Shown here in pieces: positions 10,706 through 22,633 of a DNA stretch of 64,000 bases. The notes beneath the pieces were generated by a model, which saw nothing but the letters and a program-made list of their open reading frames with translations, ran no database searches and was not told the origin of the DNA. The position numbers and the translations under genes are program-made. Source of the stretch: an uncultured virus (IMG/VR IMGVR_UViG_3300027861_004723) (lineage: Duplodnaviria; Heunggongvirae; Uroviricota; Caudoviricetes); IMG/VR virus record IMGVR_UViG_3300027861_004723; one strand, written 5' to 3'. The stretch's first letter is position 1. Every line of letters starts with the position of its first letter.

Positions 10706-11761
10706 ATGAGTATTTTCGTAGGATTTCCAAAAATCGGCCAGTTTCGCAATGTCGTTCAGGGCCTCACTATGCATGAGCGGTATGCTGGCCGAGATGAAAC
10801 CGGGGAGCCTATCTATGATAGTAATAGGCTACTTCCTAAGCTAGTTTTCAATGGTACTGTTAAGCTGCACGGCACTAATGCAGGGTTCGGGCTTTACAAC
10901 GATGAAGTCTGGTTCCAGAGCCGTACCAGCGTTATTACCCCCGTCAAGGATAACGCAGGCTTCGCTGCTGCTTTTTCCGGAGCAGATAAGCTCAGCTACA
11001 TCAAGCAGACACTTGAGGGCCTCAAGAACCAGCACAACGTAGATGATGACAAAGTCGTTGTCATGTTTGGTGAGTGGTGCGGAGGTTCTATCCAGAAGGG
11101 CGTAGCCCTTAACCAGCTTGATAAGCGTTTTGTGCTTTTCGGCATTCGAGTAGTTGGGCACGAGCGCAACGATGATGGCAACTATACCTACGATGAGTGG
11201 CTGCCAATTTCTGGAGTTAGTAACCACGAAATTGGATTCTACAATGTCGAAGACTACGAGCGCTATGAGTTGTCAGTAAATCTCAATGATCCAAAAGCAT
11301 CTCTTAATAGTATTGAAAATCTCGTTAAGGCTGTTGAGGCCGAGTGCCCTTTCAGCAAGGCTTTTGGTATCTCTGGTCTAGGAGAGGGCATTGTCTGGAC
11401 CACCCTACATAAGGGCACTCGATATGCCTTCAAGACCAAGGGCGAGAAACACGCTAATGTTCGTCAGAAGAAACCAGCTTCCGTTGACCCAGAAAAGGTC
11501 AACAATGTTGCTGAGTTTATCTCTTACTCTGTAACCGAAAATAGGCTTAATCAGGCGATTGAGCAGGTTTTTACTACTCAGAGCATTGAACCTTCCATTA
11601 AGGGAACCGGGCTATTTCTTAAGTGGCTTGTTAATGATATTGTCACCGAGGAGATTGATACTCTTTCTGCTAATGGTCTTTGCGCCAAGGATGTCAACGG
11701 TTCTATCTCCAAGGCAGCACGAACTTGGTTCTTTGAGTATCTCGACAAGCTGGTTTTCTAG
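10706..11761 (+). CDS. RNA ligase, Rnl2 family
   Basis: KLHGTN (motif I), FGEWCG (III), GEGIVW (IV), FKTK (V). Confidence 0.85.
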   Translation: MSIFVGFPKIGQFRNVVQGLTMHERYAGRDETGEPIYDSNRLLPKLVFNGTVKLHGTNAGFGLYNDEVWFQSRTSVITPVKDNAGFAAAFSGADKLSYIKQTLEGLKNQHNVDDDKVVVMFGEWCGGSIQKGVALNQLDKRFVLFGIRVVGHERNDDGNYTYDEWLPISGVSNHEIGFYNVEDYERYELSVNLNDPKASLNSIENLVKAVEAECPFSKAFGISGLGEGIVWTTLHKGTRYAFKTKGEKHANVRQKKPASVDPEKVNNVAEFISYSVTENRLNQAIEQVFTTQSIEPSIKGTGLFLKWLVNDIVTEEIDTLSANGLCAKDVNGSISKAARTWFFEYLDKLVF

Positions 11762-11863
11762 GTCAATTATAAAAATCAAAAATAAAATTCTGGCTTAGAT
11801 TTCCGACAACCCTTGCCAGGCCCCCAAAATATGTTCTAATAAGCACAGACAAAAGGAATTAAA

Positions 11864-12283
11864 ATGACAGATCTTACAACCGCAATTCAAGATATTACTA
11901 AACAAGCTGAAATCGCTGACAATGCAACACGCAATGTTGGCGATAACATGAAACTAGGAGAGGCTGTTCGTCAAGGCGATCTCTACCTCTTCAAGGTAGA
12001 GAAGGACGTTTCTGGCCTAAAGGCCATTCCAGGCCAGAAGCAGCTTGTTCCAGGGACGACCCAAGGTTCCCGGCACCACGCAGAAGCTCCTGCCGTTCTT
12101 TTTGAGAACGATGGTAGCTCCGTTGAAGGCATCGATACTAACGCCCTTCTAGGACCCATCGTTGACTCGCCTTCGCGTTTCGAGGTTAGCCACCCCGAGC
12201 ATGCCCATATCTCGCTTCCCGCAGGAACCTACCAGGTTCTGTATCAGCTTGATTTCCAGGCGCAACGCCGCGTTGCGGACTAG
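11864..12283 (+). CDS. Conserved RQGD-motif protein typically found next to DUF6745 genes
   Basis: RQGD, SRHH, HPEHAHI.LPAG.Y motifs. Confidence 0.7.
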   Translation: MTDLTTAIQDITKQAEIADNATRNVGDNMKLGEAVRQGDLYLFKVEKDVSGLKAIPGQKQLVPGTTQGSRHHAEAPAVLFENDGSSVEGIDTNALLGPIVDSPSRFEVSHPEHAHISLPAGTYQVLYQLDFQAQRRVAD

Positions 12284-12326
12284 CCCTACACTACCAGCTA
12301 GCCCACACTCAATCTAAAGAGAGATT

Positions 12327-13184
12327 ATGACATCTACCGATGAACAGCAGCGTATTGAAAAGCTCACACCCGAACAGGAAGCCCAGCTATCTGTTTACCG
12401 AGATAAGTGGATTGCTATTGGGCTCCAAACCGGTCTTGCTGACCGGGAACGAGCCGAAGCAGGGGTTAAGCTTATCTATGAAGCTGCCGACCTCCCCCAC
12501 CCAGATGAAATTGTCTGGGTAGATTCTCCCTATGCTGGACATAAGAAGGCTAAGGAGTTTACAGATGACCCAAAACCTCTTCATGGGCAGCATTCTGCTG
12601 CCTGGCTCAGCTTCTATGAGTATTTCTATGAGGTTGTGGGCCTAGAGTGTGTGAAACCGCTGGTAGGTTTCTTTGAGGTTGCTAAAAGCGCGGGCTGGTG
12701 GTGGTGCTTTGATAAGCTCGCCATTATGAGCGAGCGGGCCTCCGAGAGCCATATGGATGAGCAAGGGCGTCTACATCGCGAGGCGGGCCCTGCTATTGTC
12801 TACCCAGATGGCTGGGGTGTTTACTCCTGGCATGGCGTGAGGGTTCCAGAAAAGGTAATCATGGACCCGTCCTCATTGACGGTTGATGAGATTCAGGCCG
12901 AGCAGAACATTGAAGTTCGTCGGATTATGATCGAGCGATACGGTGTTGGAGACTTCTTGCACCAGACCAAGGCTGAGATTGTTGATATGGATGCATCGCC
13001 CATTGCTGGTGGTGCCCCTCGTGTCTTGATGCGGGATAGCCAGGGCTTGCAGTTCCTATGCGGGACCGATGGTAGCACCAAGCGTGTCTACTTTATGTCC
13101 GTTCCAGATGATGTCGCTACCTGTAAGGCAGCGCATGAGGCTATCTGTGGCTTCTCGGAAGACCGCTTGGTTGCTGAGTCCTGA
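12327..13184 (+). CDS. DUF6745-like protein
   Basis: GQHSAAWLSFY, GWWW, RLHREAGPAIVYPDG, WHGV, EQNIEVRRIMIERYG. Confidence 0.8.
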   Translation: MTSTDEQQRIEKLTPEQEAQLSVYRDKWIAIGLQTGLADRERAEAGVKLIYEAADLPHPDEIVWVDSPYAGHKKAKEFTDDPKPLHGQHSAAWLSFYEYFYEVVGLECVKPLVGFFEVAKSAGWWWCFDKLAIMSERASESHMDEQGRLHREAGPAIVYPDGWGVYSWHGVRVPEKVIMDPSSLTVDEIQAEQNIEVRRIMIERYGVGDFLHQTKAEIVDMDASPIAGGAPRVLMRDSQGLQFLCGTDGSTKRVYFMSVPDDVATCKAAHEAICGFSEDRLVAES

Positions 13185-13206
13185 GATTTATCTGTCCTGT
13201 CCTGCA

Positions 13207-13258
13207 AAGCTAGCCCAGAACCCGGAATGCCCAGCACTCCAGTGTTCTGGGCTAGCTT
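13207..13258 (+). terminator. Long stem-loop after the DUF6745 gene
   Basis: AAGCTAGCCCAGAAC / GTTCTGGGCTAGCTT inverted repeat; weak U-tract. Confidence 0.5.
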
Positions 13259-13283
13259 CATGCCAACCAAGAACGAGAGATAG

Positions 13284-16200
13284 ATGAACGAAAAATACTT
13301 TCAGGTTTGGCTTGGTTTGCATGAACCTATTTTTGATTACATCTACGATAAAACCCTGCCACCAAAAGGAGAAGAGCCTACATATATTGTGCGAGATTAT
13401 GATACTTGGTGTAGAACCAATGATTTATACGCAGCAGTGTTCAACAGGCTGGAATTCGGAGACTCCTTGATGGATGAGCTAGAAATTTCAAATCACGACC
13501 GGACTTCATTGTTTTGGGCGCTGACGAGGCAGGTTGCCCCCAACCGTCGAGGACGTGCTTAATACGGGCTATTACTTTAGAACAAAAATCGCAGCCATAG
13601 CCTTTCTTCAGCAACATGTAGCACATCCAAGATAAGGAACTAGTATGAACGAAGAAGAACGATGGGATGATACAAAAGAAAACGGCTCAAATATACCTTC
13701 CTCTGAGCCAGATTGGACTGTTAATCCTTTGGATGGCCGCTGCAACTCATCCGAAATGTTCAATATGCTCGTCGTTGAGGTTGGAAAACTGATTCGGGGA
13801 GATGCTCATACTCTGCTAAACGGCCACGCCGACAGCACTGCTCGCCTTATCGTGGCCCAGCTTGCCCATAAATACAAGCTACAGCCAAATTTGCAAGCTG
13901 TCCATGATGAACGACAAGAAGCTATCGATGCTATTGAAGCTGAGTTTCTAAAAATTCCCAATGTCCCTTTTGCCAAAGCCAATGTCGTAGTCCACGTAAC
14001 AACAGACTACACTTCGGATGAACCTCTTCGAGATGATGGAACACTAGGAAACGGAACATTAGAAGATCTGCAACCCATTTTCGACGCCGAAAGCGATATG
14101 ATAGATCGCTTTCCTACTATTCATTTCGATTTTAACTCAAAGCGCGTTGGAAAAATATGTAACGATGAGGATGATGAGGATGATGAGTGATCCAGGTTGT
14201 CAATTCAAGGGTTGCTTTAATACAGACCCTACCAGTTCTTTGGGGTGGATTACCGTAATAATCTTGACAGACCATAAAAGACAATTTTGCTGTCCTGCCC
14301 ACGCTATCTACTATATATCTCATCCAGAAAAACATGATGCTGATCCTAACGACGAGATAATAGATCTGAATATTACTGTGTGAGGCAAAGAATGCTACAA
14401 GAAGAAAAATGGGAAAAAACCAAACAGGAACTTAAAGCTGCCAATAGGTCGTTGTGGGATTTCGGCCTTAGTCTGTCTTTTGAAGAAGAAGCTGATTTTC
14501 GAACCTACTTGTCTAATAACGAGCTAGGGCTTGCTTGGGAATTACTTCGTGATAAGTTTCTAGGACATAGCCCCTTCCTAAAACAAATGATGCGGGCTGC
14601 AAACTTAATGCAGCTGTCCGACCCTTTCGGCACAAAAGGGGAAAGAGATTCCGATGGCCAAAGTAATGATTCAAACGACAATTGACTGTGAAGTAAATTC
14701 ATCTGAAGCTGCCCACCAGCTAGGTCGCGAACTCGAAGATAGATTACACTCAGTCATCACACAACTTCTCCCAAACCTACGCTACGCAGAAAACATAAGA
14801 GATGGGAGCATTCGCTTTCACCTAGAAATCACTGGAAGACGGGTTACCATCTCAGCCCCCGAAAAAGCTAAAGATAAATAAAATGGACATTGATGGTCCA
14901 AGCTACCGCGCAACACTTCAAGATGCAGAAGACTGCCTTCTTCGCCCGCCTCGTCCAAAATTCCCCTGGCCGATGATGTTAGTGCTGCTAGTTTTTGCAT
15001 TTATGATGGTTTATGCTGGTCAAAAGGTCGAAACACTTAGATACGAAAATAAATTGCTCCAAGCAGAGCTAGACACGCTTAAAGGTGACAATAATGACAA
15101 AAGATGAGTGGATTCAAAAGGCCAAAGCTCTCTTTTTCGATTGCACTTTTTGTGTTGATTCCAGTGGCATCCACAAAGAGATTGACGAGCTTCTCAAAGA
15201 GGGTGGTGGCTATGATTATAGGGTTGAGAGCGCCAAAACACCCCTAAAATGGGCAGGAAACTCTGATGATGAGTAATAAACAGCCGTTCACATACAAAGC
15301 TAAAAACGGTAATTTTTTTAGTGCGAAACAATGCGACTTCAATGAACCAATTTTTGCCCATTATCCCCAAAAAGACGGAGACGGAATATCGCGACCAATC
15401 GGGTTTGATACCAAAGGTTTGACGCCTCTTGAGATATCAGAAATTCTCATTGAAGATGGTCAACAAAAACTGATGGCTGATGTTGCCGAAATGATTGGTT
15501 ATCATGCAATAAATGTTCTTCCAAAATTGAAGGATTTTCAAGGATATGATAGCCTTCATTTTATTATTTGCCGTAATTGTGAACAGTGAGGTAGGTTGTG
15601 AGAAGAGAAAAATGTGAATTCTGTCCTGGCACTGATCTGCTGCGGGTTTGGGTAGATAAAGCTTACCGCAGGGGTGGAACTACTTATGAACGCGAGGATG
15701 GGGAGTATTGGATTGCTGATGAGTTCAACTTAGATCTTGATAACCCTTTGCCGGGGATTCTCGATGGCGGATCGGTTGACATGGTGGTATGTCTCGACTG
15801 TCAGAGGATCCAGGGCTTCGCCCTGACTGCCGAGCAGAAAGCCGCCCTTATTGCGGAGCACATCAAACACGGGCACAACCCTCTCGAACGTCAGCGGGAA
15901 AAAGATGCAGAAAAGGCAGCACGTAAAGCCGAACGCGAAGCAAAAGAAGTACTTTATGCCGAGTGGCGAAAAGGCCAACCACCACGGGAGTTATAATGAA
16001 GAAAGGGTATATAGTTCACTATTGGGGCGAGGTTGCTGTTGAAGAAGTCAGTATCTTCTCAGAGTTTGTGTTTGATGGTCGAGAATATTATGCTCTTCAA
16101 AAACAACACATGATCTGGTCGTCAGTTGGTGGTCCGAAAGAAAAGCCTAACTATCAAAACACGCACCCCCTCGCCCATATGCTAAAAAATCCTCAAGAAT

Positions 16201-16400
16201 CAGATTTTCAATACGAGAGAATTTTTCTATCATTAGACGAAGTAAAGAAAGAAATTAGAAGTCAAACACCCAAGCAAATAGAAGAAGCAGAAAGACTAAT
16301 GCTTAATTGTAAGCGTAATTTAGAAGCTCTCAACAATCTAGATTTAGATACTATTCCCAAAGAAGATTACACCTCCCTTTTTACTGGAAAACCCACTTAA
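13284..16400 (+). CDS. Run of about 10 short hypothetical genes (13284, 13645, about 14180, 14380, 14654, 14883, about 15094, 15266, 15598, 15996)
   Basis: Tightly packed, overlapping co-oriented ORFs; some with CxxC pairs. Confidence 0.6.
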
Positions 16401-16489
16401 ACAGGAAGAACAAAGAAAGGCTCTAAAACGGTGCAAATATTTGTGACAACCAAGGGTTGCCTAGAGAGTCAGAGAAGTAGGAGGCTAAC

Positions 16490-16807
16490 ATGCTAATCAA
16501 AGGAGGAGAGTATCGTAAAATCCGGGTTCTCAAGGACATCGAAAGAGAAAGTTATTGCACCGGAGAAATGATGAGCTGGAAAGCTGGCAAATTTGAGGAA
16601 GGCTACGTCGATGAGCCAGGGCGGCGGGCTGAGATAAATTGGGGCTGAGGACAGATAACATTGCTCTTCGTGGAAGGGTATTCTGAGGACGGTAAAGTTT
16701 CGGGGGAATTTGAAATAATGGAACCGGGTAGCTGTGAAAACTGCACCTGGCAAGAAGATGGCCAGTTTTTAAGTGCATGTGATGCATGTGATCGGTCGAA
16801 TCACTAA
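16490..16807 (+). CDS. Candidate selenoprotein (105 aa, in-frame TGA at 16646-16648)
   Basis: AGGAGG RBS; frame stays open for 52 codons past the TGA to TAA; SECIS-like hairpin 16652-16685. Confidence 0.65.
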
Positions 16808-16825
16808 AACTAGAAGAGTAAAATC

Positions 16826-16891
16826 ATGCCTGCTTATCACTTAACAACACCGATTTATTACGTTAATGCCGCGCCGCATATTGGTCATGCC
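16826..16891 (+). pseudogene. metG: 5' fragment (22 codons) of methionyl-tRNA synthetase
   Basis: MPAYHLTTPIYYVNAAPHIGHA matches the MetRS N-terminus with the HIGH motif; similarity ends abruptly and the ORF stops at 16945. Confidence 0.85.
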
Positions 16892-16901
16892 CGGATCCAA
16901 C

Positions 16902-17108
16902 TCAACTTGAGTTACATGAAGCTTCAAACAAAATACCTAGAATAATAGCTATCTCCCCAGCAGGGACAACTAGCAATTCTGAAACTCCAGACACAGTCAT
17001 ATCGACCCCGGATCTAGACGCTAGCACCTGTACTGGGATATTTTCAAGACGATCCGAAGCTAGAGTATTTTGGGTTAATTGTTTATTTCTGATCAGAGCC
17101 TTTGCCAT
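16902..17108 (-). CDS. Short, possibly truncated protein
   Basis: TGCTATACT promoter and AAGGAGG RBS upstream; ends head-on with the metG fragment. Confidence 0.6.
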   Translation of the reverse strand: MAKALIRNKQLTQNTLASDRLENIPVQVLASRSGVDMTVSGVSELLVVPAGEIAIILGILFEASCNSS

Positions 17109-17221
17109 ATGTTTACCTCCTTAGAGTATAGCAAATTATTATATATCTAACATCAAATTTGCGCGATCACTCTAGACTACTACAAATTTAAAACAAGAGC
17201 TATATTTGGTATGATACTAAC

Positions 17222-17812
17222 ATGCACAGAGAGCCCAAATTAATTCAACTACCTCCGCAGCTTTTCGTTGGCCCTGGGGTAGAATCTGAAAAAATGACCC
17301 CAGCAACTAATACGGCCAGTGGTTGGATTAAGCCCGAAGGCGGTTTGTGGACTTCTACTTACGACCCAGAGTGCGGAAGCGGATGGGTTCAGTGGAGTAT
17401 GGGGGAGCGGTTCCGGGTTGAGTGCGATGACGATTACGAAACTTGCTATTTTGATTGTTCCATTCTTTACCCAAAACCAGCTAGAATTCTTATAATTGAC
17501 ACCCACCAAGATTTGGTAGATGCTATACAAGATTACCATTTTGTAGGATCAGAACCTCGTTCCTACTATGCCGAGGATTACCTAGATTTTGAAGAAATAG
17601 CAGAGGACTATGATGCTGTTCATCTGACGGATCGTGGTCAGTGGAAGACCAGAAGAACACGCCCGGGATTATATGGGTGGGATTTAGAGTCTACTGTATG
17701 GTTAAGATGGATGTTTTCTGAGGTCGAACATATAGGAAGAGTTGGCTTCAGCAGTTGTGATATGTCAGCCACAGAAGAGAAAAAGTTAAAAATGCTGGGA
17801 TTGTTCCGATAA
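17222..17812 (+). CDS. Conserved hypothetical phage-type protein (KPxGGLWTS / YDAVHLT / YGWD motifs)
   Basis: Well-formed ORF; TGGTATGAT 6 nt before ATG. Confidence 0.7.
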   Translation: MHREPKLIQLPPQLFVGPGVESEKMTPATNTASGWIKPEGGLWTSTYDPECGSGWVQWSMGERFRVECDDDYETCYFDCSILYPKPARILIIDTHQDLVDAIQDYHFVGSEPRSYYAEDYLDFEEIAEDYDAVHLTDRGQWKTRRTRPGLYGWDLESTVWLRWMFSEVEHIGRVGFSSCDMSATEEKKLKMLGLFR

Positions 17813-17867
17813 CGCTAACTTAGCGCTGATCCTTGATCTTTGAGCCCCGCTCCTATACAATAGCTCT

Positions 17868-20800
17868 ATGCCGAAGATATCCCAGGACCTTATTCAGTCA
17901 GATACCCATTTCCTAAAACTAGTAGCCACCCTAGAAGATAGCAACAAGCCAGATGAATGGCTTCTAAAAATCCACGTAAGTGGAGTCGAGAGAGAATTTC
18001 TAAGCGATACTGTAACTCGATCAAAGGCTATAGAGTATGCAACACAATTCGAGAGTTGCGTAGAAGCAACGACCAAAGACTCGGTAACTAGCGCATTAGA
18101 AAATGTTTTACGAGATTTCGGAAATAGATCCAGTAGGGGCCGTAAATGACCACCAGAACAATCCTATTCTCCAGCGGTGAGTACTCCGACTACGGCCTTT
18201 CCGGTTTCCTAGAAATTGACTCCGATGCTTATCAAAAAGCTAAGAGCGAGTGCGAAAAACTAATAGAAGAAGAAAAAGCCATCAAAAAGAAGGTAGCCGC
18301 GAGATCTAAAGAAGAGGGTGCCACCCGTAAAGAGCTTCAAGAGATGGCTCGGGGTGGTGATGCGCTGAGGCAAGAACGGCGAGATATTTGGTGGAATCTT
18401 AGAGAGACTGGTAAGCCAGTGCCTTTCGAAGAGTTTTGGCACGGAGATGCTTACTAATGAGCCAGTTAAAAACTGCAGATTGCCGTAAATGGCTTGCTAC
18501 CGACGACGACATTCAAAATCTAGTTAAAGACCGGTATGGCTGGTCCGATAATATCGAAGATATGCTTGAAATGTGTGATAATGATCAAGATGAAATAGAT
18601 CAAATAAATGATGTGGTAGCGCAAGCCGCTAAACCTAAAAATTGGAAAAGATACACCAAATTTAAGCTGGGCTCCGAGACTGACCAAAAAAATTGTGATT
18701 ACGGACTACTGTTTCCTGGTGAAGGTGTAGTTCGCCAATTCAACCTTGATGACACCGAAATAGCTGTCATGATCCTTGAGCAAAACGGCAAGCTATCCTT
18801 CTTAAACGATTTGAGTGATTAATGGGTATGCCGACACCTGATGAGATCGACTCTATGATTAAACAAGCAGCATTTGGCTGTTTTATGTTCGTAGTGTTTC
18901 TCGTTTCTTGCGCCTTTCTCCTTGGCTATACTTGGGCTTAATATGACTAATATAGAAGAACTTGAGCTATCCGAACTTGATACCAAGTCTTTTGAGGCAC
19001 TGGGCGCTGCTTGGTTTGCTGAAAATACCAAGCGCAACCCTCTTCCTACGACACAAGACGTGCATGATGCTCACAACAGGGCATTCTACGAGCCATGTGA
19101 GTGCTTCCAAGAATGCTGCGATGAAGATACTTGCGATAAGTGCCATGGAAGTGGACTTGCTGCGATGAAGGCTTGCGCTACGTGCAAAGGCATGGGCCAA
19201 TACTTTATTCCAGATAGTGTTGCTAATGAATCAGCAGGCGGGCATATAGACAAAGATGGGAACTGGGTTAAAGGCACTAACCAGAGAAGTATACTACATA
19301 ATGAGTGTAGCGATAATGAGAAAAAGCTCTCAAAGGAGGCCCGCCTTGAAATTTTTGTTGGATACAGCAAAAGTTTTATGGCAGATGATGTCTTTGAATT
19401 CTTCAAAGGTGTCATAGCTAACCTGGGAGCAAAATTAGAAATGCACCCAATCTATGAATGGGATCAAAGCATGGTAGTCTACATGCCTAATTACCCTAAC
19501 AAGAAGTGAACAATGAAATTAAAGATAGTAGCACCTGGCGAGCCCTGTAACCGCAATACTGTTGAAGCTGAGATTGCGGGAACAGTTACTTTGTCTGAGG
19601 TATTTGCGGGAATTAGTATTGTCACAGAAGATGACGGTGCCACTGGATCCCAAAGATTCGGAATTGTGCAAAGAGACTCGGGGCTAGAAATATATTGCCC
19701 TGATGGGGCCATGCTTGAAATAGGAATTACTGACTCTGGTGAGACGTGTGTAAAGGCTTACACTGCTAGCTGTCCCAAGTGGGCTGGTCAACCAGAAGAC
19801 GGAAAACAAGAAAACTAAAATGGGCCGACAACGCACCAAAATCACACTAGAAGATCATGTAGCCTTATATTGCTCTCTATGGCCTGGCGTGCAAGTAGGT
19901 AGTGACGTACGAGTACAAACCAGCCAAGAAATAGAAGAATTCATCTGGACTTGCCTAGATGGCGATTCCCGCCGACCTACCAACATGTCTTTTAGAGCCC
20001 GCGCAGGATTAGTAGCCCGAGGAAGAAGCGCATATCAGTTTGTAGCATCAACCCTACAAGCACAAATTAGCCAAGACACAAAACGGAGAAATAAATATGA
20101 CTGAGAAAACTAAGTTGCTACCCGAGAATGGGCATTCCGTTCACTTCTCCGAGCCCACCGGCAACGTGACCATCGGGTCTGCAAAGGTTCGCCACATTCC
20201 GATCTACTCACCACGCCACTTTGATAACTACCGTGAGGAGGCACGTTTGGTGATGAAAGTGCTCAAAGGCGAGTGCAGCAAGGAGGAGGCACTAACCCTC
20301 CCAGAGTTCAGCTATAATGCCTGCGGCTTGAATACTTTTCTTGCCGCATTGGCTTATGAGATCCTAGAAGGGGAGCAATGACCTTCGAAGACCTAAAACA
20401 AAAAATCGTCGCAGTCGTCAGCCCCTATCATACAATCAATGGCAATGATGAAAATGGATGCCCCTATCTCTGTTCATCATGCAGAGATAGGCGACGTATC
20501 CGAGACAAAGTAAAACAACTTTTTGAAGAATATGAAAACCCGGCGTCCCTTGATTCTTGATAACGTAACTTACCACGACATCGGATATGATGGCTCCCTA
20601 GATGACCTAAGCGAGCTACAATGCTTCGGCCCACGACCGGGCGCTGGGCCTGCCCTAGATGGTGTAGAAATTTTTGTCAAAAACAAAGAGCTAATGGCAC
20701 GGCACAATAACGAGATATTTGAAATCAACTTGTGCGAAGGATGCTATGAAAGTATCATTTGCAAATTACTAGAAAAGACACTATGACCTGCATCACTGAT

Positions 20801-21972
20801 ACCTCTCTAGGCCCTTGCCACAACTGCAACACTATAACAGATGGTAGCTGGACTCGAAAAGATGCGGCTGGTCGTAGCTGGATCATCGGTTATGAGTGCC
20901 CCAAATGTAAGGAGAAATAGTGGACGGCAAGTTTCTTGAATTTCTTATAATTCCCATCATACCATTGATGTGGGCCCTTGATAAACTGCTCCCACCAGAC
21001 GTTGGACCCGGAGGCTTAGGTGTGGGGGTCATGCTTTTATTTGGTCTTATCGTTTGCTTTTATGCCAGTTTGGTAACTCTCGCTGCCGTAAGTTGGTGGG
21101 GATATTCACTCGTGGCGTATGCAGCTTTCTTTGCCTCTGGCTACTACATGAACCGGCCTCTTGAGGATAAGAAATCTAATGATTAAACATTTCGATTCAA
21201 CAGAAATAACTCATCTTCGAAATCTAGCTGATGCCATTGCAATCAAGCCAGAAGATTCAGATAACTTTATAGATATACTCTTAAATGTTGTTGTCCCTTC
21301 CAGCAAAAGCGATCCAGCATTCATAAAATATTTGAACAAGCTCAAGAATGATCTGGTGGAAAAGAAACTTAGTTATCCTGGAAATGATTTGAACAGCATT
21401 CGACAGGTAGCTGATAGCTATGCAACTTCAACTGATACAGCAATCCGAAGAATGGGTGAAACCCTTCTCTGGGGTTTGACACACAAGAGAAGCGCGAGCC
21501 GACAGAAGGGCAGAAAATGAAATTACACCTAGCTGACGACGAATCTCCAAAGGAAGTTCTTTTTTTAACTAATCCCTGCTATCGCTCCCCAGAACAGCGC
21601 GAAAAAGCTAAAAGTTCTGACTGGTTTATGACTGATGAGGAACTAGATAAGCTTTATGGGAAAAGCTGGCAGCAGCCGATCCATCCACAAAGCTTCTCGA
21701 CCCTAGCCTACTGCGGGGTAACTCTAGAAACAAAACCAAAACCAGCCCCCGAAGTTCTCTACGAAATGATCAACTATACAGTTGCTTACTGCTTACTTGA
21801 GCACCAAGAAGACGGAGAAGAGATTTGCTGGGACTGTGTTGCTAAATTAGACAAAATACGTAACGATGAAGGTCGTTGCGAAGTAATGCAACGTCTTCGA
21901 AATCCTGATTCTTGCGATTGCGCCTTGTGGGTGCTGATGCGAGAAGGATGCCGGTGCGAGAAAGAAAACTAA
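17868..21972 (+). CDS. Run of about 13 short hypothetical genes, including a CxxCxGxG Zn-finger protein (18922) and a membrane protein (20920)
   Basis: Co-oriented overlapping ORFs; CDKCHGSG and CATCKGMG repeats; hydrophobic ORF at 20920. Confidence 0.6.
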
Positions 21973-21974
21973 CT

Positions 21975-22217
21975 ATGATCAGACCATCACAAGGACAAAA
22001 GTTCAAGCATTTCAAGGGGGGGATCTATAAGGTTCACTTCATCGCCAAGTCAGCAGATACCCAAGATAACATCGTTTGTTATGAGTCCCTTACTCACGGA
22101 GGTTACTGGGCACGTAGGCTAGAGGAATGGCAGGAAACAGTAGACAGGCCCGAGTATCAATACATCGGTCCTAGATTCGCCCTCATTCACGAGACTGATG
22201 CTAAAAACAAGATATAA
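21975..22217 (+). CDS. DUF1653-like protein
   Basis: FKHFKGGIY, VCYESL, WARRLEEW, PRF. Confidence 0.8.
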   Translation: MIRPSQGQKFKHFKGGIYKVHFIAKSADTQDNIVCYESLTHGGYWARRLEEWQETVDRPEYQYIGPRFALIHETDAKNKI

Positions 22218-22633
22218 CCCTCCATATCATCCAGTCGGATTCCAGCTTTTTGATTTGCAAGAATCAAGAGTGTGGGGCCGTGTTGGAAAGGCTCTCCATC
22301 CTGATATTCGTGCCTTTTTTTGGGAGGAATTTAAAGAGCCTCTGCAAGGGCGGGTGGTTATTGTTGATGACGCTATTAGACATCAGATAGAAGACGATGT
22401 ATAAATTCCTATCAAAACAACACGAAGTCCAACACAAACTACGCTCTGTCTCTCAACGAGGCAGCGATTCCTGGGCTTATTTTCCTTGGATATATAGAAA
22501 TTGGGTCGCTGAACAGTTGCGGCCCGAGCAAGTTTCTATAGTCTGGGAACAGATTTGGGAAGAGCTTAAAGATGAATTTAGTGAAATAGAGTTTGGTCTG
22601 ACCTAGTTCTCTCCAGTTTGCTATCATGCAAGA

